Positions 12,401 through 23,128 of a stretch of DNA of 64,000 bases are shown piece after piece (the stretch's first letter is position 1; each line of letters starts with the position of its first letter). The translations under genes and the position numbers were made by a program. Source of the stretch: Geosiphon pyriformis uo1 (lineage: Eukaryota; Fungi; Glomeromycota); assembly GCA_016748015.1 (NCBI GenBank), contig JAAOMT010000261.1, positions 386,394 through 450,393 on the forward strand, written 5' to 3'. Below the pieces are notes generated by a model. That model saw only the letters and a list, made by a program, of their open reading frames with translations, ran no database searches and was not told the DNA's origin.

Positions 12401-12790
12401 AACTAGACTTTTTAACAGAGAATTCATTAACTCTATATTGAGATACTTCTTGAAATTAGCACATTTATATAAACCATCTTTATTGAAGTTTTCATCCAAG
12501 ACAATAAAAGAAGATTCATTTACTGCTCTTATAATCAAAGAGTTGATCTTGCCAACTTAAGAAAAATGAACAGCCAGAAAAGCACCAGCATAGAACCCCA
12601 AAATTAAAACAGAAAGTTTATCTTTAAAAAGCAACTTAACAGATAGAAGCTAACCAGACATCTTAGAAACTTTGTATACATGATGAGCCAAAGAAATGTT
12701 TATAATAATAGCAATACCAGAATTCAAGTAACCAGAGTCCAAACCAGAAGTAAAAACACAGACATCATCAAACTTATTAGCAATTCACAG
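9442..12790 (-). pseudogene. LINE A ORF2 middle part: APE endonuclease, RT, start of RNase H
   Basis: Fragments show KKTINY...NTDH (APE), MHKAYDSVGW and LDQKKVFLPLLW (RT), and VYIDGSL (RNase H). Confidence 0.9.
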
Positions 12791-13672
12791 TGTTACAGGT
12801 GATTATTTGGGGTTTTAAGTCAAATAACAAACTTATAACTTGGTGCTCAAAAGCTATTTGCGTTGATAATAATGATCTGAAAGTTTTGGTGCTCTGAAGG
12901 TTTTCCAAATAAGTTCTTTGTATAATGGACAGAGATTCAGTAGTATTGGTATTCGCAATTTTGTTTTAGTTGTTTCCCAATTTCTTTTTCAGCTTGGTGG
13001 CCAGATTTATTTTGGCAGTCATGCTCTTTTGGTAAGCTATCTGTTAATATATATATTATTACCCTTATTTCTGGGTCTTTTACCAGGCTATCCATGATGT
13101 CAATAACTCAGCACTTTAATCCTCAATCAATTAGTATACAACAATAAAATCAAAGAAAAGAAAATAAAGAAAAAAAGAAAAATAAAAGAAATAAAAAAAT
13201 AGCCAAGACAATGCACAAGTTAGTATCCCATCAATAGTCATGATCAAGAGCTATTGTTCCAGTGTGGTTAAGTATCAATGTCTATCAACATGAAGTGTTA
13301 ATAGTGGAGAATAGATTATGATAACAAATAGTTATTTTATTAGATGATTGTGAATTAGAAGATTGCTTAGATTAAATCTAAACCGAAAGGTCTGTCTTTT
13401 CTACTTTTAATACTACTGCTATATATACATAATTGAGATTCTTCAATTCCTCAATTCTTCTCAACAGGAATCTTGGAACTCTTGAAATCCTGCAATTCCT
13501 TTGAGAGAAATTCTGCAATTCTGCAATTCTGTAATTCCTCATCAGAGAATCCTAAAATTTCTGGAATTCTGCAATTCTTCTAAGAGGAATCCTGGAATTT
13601 CACATTTACTACATCTACTTCTGATTGGCTAATAACTATGCTAATATGTTTTTTATATTTCTATAAGTAACA
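12791..13672 (-). repeat. 3' LTR of element 2
   Basis: Direct repeat of 22101-22982 with identical length. Confidence 0.96.
13465..13600. repeat. Degenerate short tandem repeats (GGAATyCT units) in the U3 part of the element-2 LTR; also at 22775-22910
   Basis: Repeated GAATCCTGGAATT / AATTCTGCAATTCT motifs lie upstream of the TATATATA box (about 13420-13427) on the minus strand. Confidence 0.7.
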
Positions 13673-13690
13673 TTATTTCCTTCTTTTTAA
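13673..13690 (-). promoter_or_regulatory. Polypurine tract of element 2
   Basis: Minus strand reads TTAAAAAGAAGGAAATAA directly before the 3' LTR. Confidence 0.8.
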
Positions 13691-14316
13691 TATTGAGCTC
13701 TGTTAAAATCTAATTCTTTTAATTCTTCTTCTTGAATTATTTTTTGAACTTTTTTTTTTAGAATTACTTGTGTTATTTGTATTTATAGCTCCTCAAATTG
13801 AGTATTAGTAATTTTTCCTAATTGATTGCTAGTAACAGGATTCATTATTTTGTTCAGTAAAATTTCTGGTTAATCCTAAAATGCTGTGTGTATTCAGTAT
13901 ATGACTCAAGCCTGTGTGGATAAGTTGTTCTTTCCCACAAACTGTTCTAATTATTGTAGTATGGTTGTGTTGAATAACCATTTTGTTTTGTCTGTGTATA
14001 AATTCTGTATATTCACATGTTGTCCCAAGTAAAAATAACAATATTTTCTTGGAAATTGTTGTATCTACCAATTCCAAGTTTCTCTGGTCAATTCCTGGTA
14101 TTGTCTGACTATTTGTTGTTCTTTTGTAGCCAATTTTACTTTGGTAACTATTTTCTTAACCAGATTTTCAGGTTTTCTCTGTACTTTGCATTGTCATACT
14201 TTTGTAGTGTCTTTATATCGAATGGTTTGTTGGTTAATTGTAATTTCCATATCTTGGTGTTGAATCAATTGGAAAAGTTGTTGTGCTAGAGAGTGAATAT
14301 TGTCTGTAATTTCCAT
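13687..14316 (-). pseudogene. ORF3 of element 2 (about 209 codons, not in the ORF track because of stops)
   Basis: Manual translation from the ATG at 14316: MEITDNIHSLAQQLFQLIQHQDMEITINQQTIRY...FPRKYCYFYLGQ...GKNNLSTQA*VIY*IHTAF...QLGKITNTQFEEL...DFNRAQY*. No frameshift; stops fit CGA/CAR decay. Confidence 0.75.
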
Positions 14317-14511
14317 TTTTTTGATCTCTTTTGTTATGTCTTTCATAACTTTATATATTCTTTTGGTCAATCAATTTCATGTGTTATTGTTAATGATAAT
14401 AATTGGTTCCAGATCTTGTGGAATCTCATTTGGTTGGATTAGTATTCTCTGTACTCTTAATTGTAGAATATTACTGGTGGATGGTAGTGTGATGTTGTGG
14501 TATGGTTTCAG

Positions 14512-15543
14512 TCAATCTTCATGTGCTGCTTTGGTTAAGATTTTGTTGTTCAGTCTTAATTTATAAGCTTCACTTCCTAGAATTTCTTTTATGTGAAATG
14601 GTCTATCCCATTTGGGATTGAATTTTCCACTCCATTGTTTTTCCACTTTGATATGATGTAAGAGTACTTTGTTTCCAATCTTGAATTCAACTGGTTTGTC
14701 TGGTAGTTGACTATCATGTCTTTCTTTTTGTTTCTTTTGTGATTTTTGAATGTTATCAGCTGCTCTTTTTTGTTTGTTTTCCAATGTTTCTATTAAGTCA
14801 TATGTCTTTCTTAACAATGTTTCCTGGAAATTCTCTTCTGTTATTGGTTCAGTTAGATATGTGTTGACTTTTATCTCAACTAGTATTGTTGCTGTTCTAC
14901 CGTATACTAATTTAAATGGTGTTACTTGTGTAGTATCTTGCTTTATTGTATAATAAGCAAATAGTACTGATGGTATGAACAAATCCCATTTGTCCTGGTT
15001 TTTTTGGCTGAATTTGGCAATTGCCTCACACAATATTATATTAAATCTTTCCACTAGACTATTTGTTTGTGGATAATATGATAATGATAGTGGTCTCTTA
15101 ATTTCAAATTTTTGGCTTAATTTTGCTAGTGTTCTGTTCACAAAGTAAGTTCTTTGATCTGATAGTAATTTTTTTAAACATTTATGTCGACAAATCAGAT
15201 CTTGATGGATGAATTTGGCAATGGATTCTGCATCCACTCTTTGAATTGCTTTTGCTTCTGGCCATTTAGTAAGATAGTTCATGGCTACTACAATATATTT
15301 GTTGCCTCTACTGGTAATTGTTAATGGTCCAACTAAATTGATTCCAATGCAATCAAATGGTTGTTCTACTTTAATTGATCTCAATGGTTTGCTGGGTCTT
15401 GTTCCTTCTTTTCTTTGACAAGCATCACAATTTTGAACATATTGGATGATATCTGGATACATTGATGGCCAATAGTATCTTTTTCTAGTTCTTTCTATTG
15501 TTGTTTCTTTATGAAAATGTCCTGCTGTTGGATCTGAGTACAT
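14512..15543 (-). pseudogene. Integrase of element 2
   Basis: HHCC-like AGH...CDAC, core GINLVGP / SDQ / LVERFN, and a C-terminal GPY/F-like module (KWDRPF). Confidence 0.93.
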
Positions 15544-17647
15544 GTTGAATAGTACTGTCTTTTTTTCTGATTCTGTAATTACTCTGGTTGGTTGGTCTGG
15601 ATCTTTTCTATTCTTCTGATAAAGTATATTCTGGTAAGTGATAAAATATTTTGATTGTTGTTTTATACTATTTCATTTTGATTGAGATAATTTTTTCTTG
15701 AACTGTTGAGTATTAATATAGTGTTGGAGTTGTTGATATTTTTGTGTGTTCATCTTTTGTTATATTTTCATTGAATTTGGATTGGTTTTGTTATATTTTT
15801 GGGTTGAAATGTTCTTAGATTTGTCTTATTTGTAACAAACTGTCAGCATTTTTGTTGTCTTTTTCCTTTTTATAATGTATAATATAAGTATATGGCAAAA
15901 GTGCTATTTTTCATCTTGATTGTCTGCCATCTCCAAATTTTTGTTTTTAGAGTGATGTCAATCCTTTGTGATCTGTGTACACTTCGAACTTCTGACTCAA
16001 GTATTTTTTTCATTTCATGACTGCTCAATAAATTGCTAAGTGCTTCAGTTCTGGTGTTCCATAGTTCTTTTTAGCTGGTGTTAGACTTCAGCTGGCATAT
16101 GCCACTGGATGTTCTCGTCCATTTGGTTCTTTTTGAGATAGTACTGCTCCCAATGCTTGACTTGATGCATCAGTTGTGATGCTGAATGGCTTGCTGTAAT
16201 TTGGATAGATCAATACTGGAGCTTGAATTAGCTTTTTTCTTAAGATGTCAAAAGCTTCTTGTTGTCTTTCTGTCCATTCATACTTTGCATTCTTGGTTTA
16301 AAGATCATTGAGTGGTTGGGCTATCTTTAAAAAGTTTTTTATGAAATGTCTATAATAGCTCGCAAATCCCAAGAATGATTTCAGCTCAGTTATGTTGGTT
16401 GGTATTGGAAAGTTTTTTACTATTTCTATCTTCTCTGGATCTGTTTTTATGCCATCTTTGCTAACTATGTGTCTTACGAATTTTAGTTTTGTTTTTCCGA
16501 AAAAACATTTGGTGGCATTTAACTTTAGCTCTGCTTATCGTAATCTTTCAAATACTTGTTGGAAATGATGTAGATGATCATCAAATGTTTTTAAAAACAC
16601 ATTGGTGTCATCTAAGTATACAACTACTGATTTTCACAATAAGCCAGTGTACACAATTTCTATTAGCTATTGGAATGTAGCTGGAGCATTGGTTAAGCTG
16701 AATAGCATAACTTCAAACTCAAAGTTCCCTTCTCTAATGGTGAATGCCATCTTCTTTTTGTCAGCTGGATTCATGGCTACTTGTTAGTAACCACTGTTAA
16801 AGTCTAATGTTGAGAACCATTTGTTCCTGTCAAATGCGTCAAATAGCTCCTGGATTCATAGAGTTAGATAACTGTCTCTTCGAGTGACTCTATTGAATTT
16901 TCTTTAATCCACACAAAAGCAGATCTTTCCATTCTTTTTCCGAACGAGTACTATTAGTGATGACTATGGGCTTATCAATGGCTGAATTAGTCTGTTGTCA
17001 AGCATTCTATTAATTTCTTGACAAATGATTTTATAACTGGCTGGTGGTACTCTGTATGCTTGTTGTTTTATTGGCATTGTATCTTCAGTCTTGATCTGGT
17101 GTTGGATGATGTCAGTACGGCCAAATTCATCTTTACTTGCAAATATGTCAGTAAAGTTGTTAAGTAGCATTTTGAGTTGTATATGTTGAAATGGATCTAA
17201 GTTTCTCATGTTCATTTATTCCAATTGTTCTGGTTGGAGCAAATAACATTCATTGTGTTTGTATATTGTTTGTGATGTGATATCAACATATCCACAAAGC
17301 TGTGAAAAGTCTGAAATGGGGTGTGGTGGCTGTTTTTCTATTTCTGTGATCAAATATCCAATTGTGGTTTTTTTTGGTATATTAATGACATTTCTGGTGT
17401 TGTTGTAGATAGAAATTTTTATGTGGCTATAGTTTTTGGCTGGTATGTAGAGATTGATAAGTCCAATCTCTCCTGATTTGCAAAGGCTTGCTTCTGCTTC
17501 AAAAATCTGTTCTTGTTCCTTTTCTCTCCTTTCTATTGCTAACATGTATTGGCTATATAGTGGAATGAAAATTGCTTAACTGGTTGAGATAATTTCTTCT
17601 TGGCCAACAATTTTTTTCTCCACCATATTAACTGGTACATCTATCTT

Positions 17648-18078
17648 ACCCATTGACCCAAATCTCTGTATCCCTCTTGCTGTTATTCTTAACTCTTTCT
17701 TTTGTTCCATTGATACTAACTGAGCTATTTTTACCAAAGACAGGAATATTGCCTGTGCTATCTTTTTATTTGGCTCTATTGTATATGCCTTTTCTGAGTT
17801 ATTTTGTAATATTGCAATGATATTTCCTACATATTCTGCATCAATTATTCCTCCTTTGATATTGATCCCTTTTTTGGCTAAATTATTCCTAGAAGCTAAC
17901 TAAACCATGATTGTTGCTGAAATCTTTAGTGCTATTTTCAGATCAATGCAGGTGCGCGAATGTGGTTCCAATTTAATGGCCTCTTTTTTTGGATACCTCA
18001 GATCAAATTCCACATTGGTATCATGCATGTGTTTTGGCATGATATCTTCATTATTATTACTGTACCATTTCAACTCCT
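17648..18078 (-). pseudogene. dut: dUTPase domain of element 2
   Basis: NVEFDLRYP, SRNNLAKKGINIKGGIIDAEYVGNI, KIAQAIF, RGIQRFGSMG. Confidence 0.9.
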
Positions 18079-21000
18079 GTTCTTTGGAGAGATCTGGTAG
18101 GGCAATATATTGCTTGTAGTTGGGATTGGAGTTTGAATTTAAGTTAATTTTATTGTTATATTGAACGGAACTAGAACCATTGTTTTCGTTATTGTCGTTG
18201 TCAGAGTTTGAATCAGGATTGAAAATTGATTTTGATTCTGATGTGCAGCTGCTAATTGGTTCTTTTTCCTTAGGAATCTTGTAGATCATGTGTGATAGTG
18301 GATTGTAAATGAAATCACACTTATTACAATATTGAAAGTCATATGAGATCAAACAGTAATCACATAGTCAAGTGTTTAATTGTGCTAAACATTGCTCTTG
18401 CTTTTCTCTGGTGGGTGCCAAGTTCTGGTAGTGCTCATGAAATTGCTCTGAATTGTCTTCAATGTCATCAAACATGTTGAAAGTCACAATGTATTCAGGT
18501 TCAGGAAGGATGAGTGGATTGTTTTTGATTTCTAACAGCTCACTGGTCATGGTGCCCTCAGCTTTTGCACTGGCCATTTACCAGATCTCGTGTTTATTGT
18601 GTGGATATTTTTCCAATTGTTGCAATGCTTGTTTCTAAGCATCATCAATTGGCGTTTCTTTACATATCCAGTTATTGATTAGGATTGTGTACTGACAGAT
18701 TTTGTTACATGTTTCTCCTTGCTCTGGAATGTCATTCCACATTCTTTCATCGGGTAAGATAGTTCCACATGTGAGACAAGATTCATTGTTCTATTTTCTT
18801 TGTTGTTTTGGTGGGCCAAACCTTTCTATAACACATGTGTAATAATAGAATTTGGTGGCTGTCGAATATTTTTCATTGTCGCCACAGCATGCACCCATTG
18901 ATGACAATTTCTTACTGCAATCGACACATATTAGCTTTGGTTAACAATAATTAGTCAGTGGTGATGGATAAATGTATGAGTTATAAGTAGTGGTGTGGGT
19001 GTGTGTTGTTTTTTCTTCCTTCTCTTTTCTCTTCCTCTTATTGCTTTCTTCCTATTCCCAATTTGGTAGCTCTTTTGGATCATGGTTGGTTTCTCAGGCT
19101 TGGTCAAAATTCCAGGTATGTTCGGTTTCCTTCTGTTTTTTTTACCGTTGTTGTCCCAAGATAGTATGGGTGGCAGCTTGTTGTGATCGTTTTCAGCCCA
19201 TGAGACTTGATACGCTTTCCACTTTGGTTTCGGTTCCTCTTCCTCTAAATTGATTAGTGGTGCTGGCATAACGTTGCTGGATTTGAAATGATTACACATC
19301 ACTGGTACTCATGTGTGTTGACTATTTTAACTTAGCTGAAGTTCTTGTGTGGTCCAATCTAGAGTAGCATTTGTTTTGGACAGCCAATTATTCCCAATGA
19401 GTGCTTGGTATTGAGTGACTTCCATGATGAGTACTTTGATGGGTACTATGATGTCATTGATCTCTATAAGGAAATCATCAATCTCTCCAATGGGTGTTTT
19501 GGTTACTTTATCAGCTGTAATAATTTTGGTGCTGGCAGTGCGATCAACTCGGCAACCTAATTGATCCATGAGTTGTCTTGTGATGATGCTGCCAGCTGAT
19601 CCACTATCTAGGATCAGTTTGATAAAGTGATCATCAACTTTCACATCAGTGTACATGGCAGTTATAGGTTTCTTTTCTAGTGCGGTTTTACTGAATAATG
19701 GTGTGGCTGATGATTCTTCAAGTTCAAATGGGAAAATGGTGTTCAAAGATTTGTTTTTAGTAATTATAGCAGGTAGAATGTTGTTAGTAAGTGGTTGTCT
19801 TTGATTGTTTTCCAGGTGATTGGGTTGGGCTTTTTTTGGGGTCACCAGAAGACTTAAATAGTTCTGAGAATTCGGATTTTGGGCATACCCAGTTTCCAAA
19901 CTCTGAAAACATAATCCCATGGCTTGGTGAGAGAAGCTGGAGATTGGTTGCTGAACAACCATTGCTGATCTTCAGTTTTGGGTAATTCTGGGTCTCAGAT
20001 TTCCTGATGTCAGGGTAACTGAGTTTTGGAACAGGGTTTGTATTAATTGTTGGGGCTAATAGATTATTTGAGACTGTGGCTGATAAATTACTAGTGGCTA
20101 TGATGGATAAATTGTTGGTGGCTGCAGTTAATAAACTGGAGGTTGATATATGAGTGGTTGATAAATTGGTTGCTGCATTATTGGCAGGTAAGTGGTTTGA
20201 TATTGTGCTGAGTTTGATTGATGATTTGGAGTTAAGAACCAGTAATCAGGATTTTGATATTGATTTTTCAATTATTGGTTATTGAAATGCTGGCAGTAGT
20301 CAATTTGGATATGTCTTTGTTTACTACAATAGTGGTAGATATGTGTTTCTTATTGTCACTGTTGATTGGTTGATGAAGATGGACATGATTGATTCTGAGA
20401 ACAATTAGAATTTCCTTGATTATTGCATCATTGTGGTAGTTGATAAATTGCCTGATTGTTGTTAACTAAGTATCCCTCTATCTTCTGATTAATTATTTCA
20501 CTGAATTTCTCCAATTTGGAATCCAATTCAAATGATCTATTTATCACTAGATTAATGGCTTGGGCATGATTGGCCTTGGACTCAGCTGATTCAAAATCTC
20601 TGGCGTGTGTGACAGCATCTTGAAAAGTGTCTAGATGCAATAAATGTACATGTTGCAAGATGCTGCTGCATAGGCCACAAATAAACTGGTTAAGAATCTG
20701 TGGTGCAGTGAAATAGTTGGCGTCAATTGCTTGGATTTGGCACAGGTTTCTATGAAAGTGTCCTAGGTATGTGGTAACTGCTTCTATTTCTCCTTGTTTA
20801 ATGGTGGTGAAAGTGTTGGCTAATCTGTTGATACTGTTGTTATTGCTAAAGTATTTCAGAAATTCCAGTTTAAAGGCATTGAAATCTTGGGGTTTGTTAA
20901 CTAGGCTTTGGTACCATGAATCAGCTGTATCCTTAAGAAAGTAGAGTATGGCTTGCATGGCTTTGGTGTTATTCTATCTATTGGCTGCAATGGCTTTTTC

Positions 21001-22080
21001 TATATCATTTAGCCATATTTGGGCATTGTCTTCTTTGCCAGTGAACTTGTCAAGCTTTGCGATTGGTGCATATGCCATTTGTTGTTATTGCTGTGGTGGT
21101 TGGAGTTGTTGTTGTTATTGTGGCTGTTGGAGTGGTGGCTGTTGTAATGGTGGTTGCTGAAGTGGTCTTTGTGGTTGTTGGATGGGTTTGGCTATCAGAT
21201 CAATTGGTGGGTAATCAATGACAATATTTGGAGGTAAGTTCTGCTAATTGATTAATTTGGGGTTTTGATTTGGCAGTGTTTGAATATTCGGAGTTCTGAT
21301 TTCCAGATTTTCTAGGATTGGGTTTTGGTCAGTAAATTTTTGATCCTCAGATTTTTCTTTCTCTACTTCTTTTTGTTCTCCTTCTGATTCAGTTATTTCC
21401 CACAGACTTGCAGTTCCGAAATCTGGTTGAGGCAGTGGTGATCATAGTCCTGATAGCATTGGCAATTGTGATTTAAATCCTTTGAAATACACGCCATATG
21501 GTCCTAATAGGTCTTTTTTTCTTTGTTTACTTTAAAATGGAAATTTTCCAAATGTTGATGTTGCATTTGATATGGACGCACCTGTTGATGAGATGTTGAT
21601 AGCACTTTATGGTGTATAGTAATATGATGGGACAGTTGGTGATTCTATTCTGTGTTTCTTCTAACTAAGTAACTGTATTCCCTTTGGTGTTGCTGCTGGT
21701 GTTTGGATTCTTCTTTTCCCTTTATCTGTGTAAGTAATGGGAAATTGTTGTTGAACGTATCTTTTAATGTCTTGATTAATCTCTCTGATGATTAGTGTGA
21801 AACTATAGTTTCTAGGTAAGTTGGTGTGTTGAAATAATTCTGTGTAAAAGTTTTTTCTTGTTGATTCAATGTTAACTGTTCCTCCCAAGCAGTCTGTGAT
21901 TTTATTGTTGATGTAAAAGTTGAAGGCTGATTCTGCTGGATAATGGTTATTGTTTAATCTTAATTGTTGGCTGTATTGTTGAAACAAGAATTTGGCAAAT
22001 CTTAAATGGTTTGCTTCTATGTTTTTTGGTTCTGCCACTTTTGGATGGATGTTGATGGTGCTGGTTCTCTGTAAGATTAT

Positions 22081-22098
22081 ACCTCACAGGGAGCACCA
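22081..22098 (-). promoter_or_regulatory. Primer-binding site of element 2
   Basis: TGGTGCTCCCTGTGAGGT lies 2 nt after the 5' LTR. Confidence 0.85.
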
Positions 22099-22100
22099 AA

Positions 22101-22982
22101 TGTTACAGGTGATTATTTGGGATCTCAAGTCAAATAACAAACTCATAACTTGGTGCTCAAAAGCTATTTGCATTGATGATGATGATCTGAAAGTTTTGGT
22201 GCTTTGAAGGTTTTCCAAATGAGTTCTTTATATAATAGACAGAGATTCAGTAGTGTTGGTATTTGCAATTTTGTTTCAGTTGTTTCTTAATTTTTTTCTT
22301 AGCTTGGTGGCCAGATTTATTCTGCCAGTCATGCCCTTCTGGTAAGCTATCTATTAATATATATATTATTACCCTTATTTCTGGGTCTTTTACCAGACTA
22401 TTCATGATGTCAATAACTCAGTGCTTTAATTCTCAATCAATTAGTATACAATAATAAAATCAAAGAAAAGAAAATAAAGAAAGAAAGGAAAATAAAAGAA
22501 ATAAAAAAATAGCCAAGGCAATATGCAAGTTAGTATCCTGTCAATAGCTGTGATCAAGAGCTATTGTTTCAGTATGGTTAAGTATCAATGTCTATCAACA
22601 TGAAGTGTTTATAATAGAGAATAGATTGTAATAACAAATAGTTATTTTATTAGATGATTGTGAATTGAAAGATTGCTTAGATTAAATCTAAACCAAGAGG
22701 TCTGTCTTTTCTACTTCTAATGCTACTGTTATATATACATAATTGAGATTTCTCAATTCCTCAATTCTTCTCAACAGAAATCCTGGAATTCTTGGAATCC
22801 TGTGATTTTTTCAAGAGAAATCCTGGAATTCTGAAATTCTGCGATTCTTTGTCAGAGAATCTTAAAATTTCTGGAATCCTGCAATTCCTCTAAGAGGAAT
22901 TCTGGAATTTCACATTTACTACATCTACTTCTGATTGGCTAATAACTATGCTAATATGTTTCCTATATTTCTATGAGTAACA
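22101..22982 (-). repeat. 5' LTR of element 2
   Basis: Direct repeat of 12791-13672. Confidence 0.96.
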
Positions 22983-23128
22983 ATGGACAGACTTTATCTT
23001 TTAACTTAGTTTCAGTAATAATCGAAATTAAATTGTTCATATCTTATGTCAACAAACAATATTTTCTTGTTTCACAGAATTGTTTATACCCCAAACATTA
23101 CATATAGCAATTTTCCAAACCAAACTAA

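Larger units (their letters stand above)
14377..22038 (-). pseudogene. Element 2 gag-pol polyprotein (single-ORF type; at least two frameshifts and many stops)
   Basis: Gag 20428-20958, protease LILDSGSAGS (19327-19962), dUTPase about 17648-18078, RT with VYLDD at about 16607-16620, RNase H TTDAS...YTDH at about 15960-16190, integrase 14512-15543. Confidence 0.93.
12791..22982 (-). mobile_element. Full-length Ty3/gypsy-type LTR retrotransposon (element 2), 10192 bp, degenerate
   Basis: 882-bp LTRs (TGTTAC...GTAACA), PBS, PPT and domain order gag-PR-dUTPase-RT-RH-IN. Flanks ACAG/ATGG are consistent with an ACGG TSD. Confidence 0.96.

Noticed and set aside
13465-13600. Short repeats as a possible CRISPR array
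   Set aside because: The units are degenerate and adjacent with no unique spacers, they are duplicated in both LTRs, and the context is eukaryotic.
14377-14520. Chromodomain at the integrase C-terminus
   Set aside because: The tail is only about 45 aa and lacks the Y-x-V...YLVKW pattern.
19130-19145. Programmed frameshift in element 2 after the protease
   Set aside because: It falls in a homopolymer run, and element 1 reads through the equivalent region in one frame, so post-insertion slippage is more likely.
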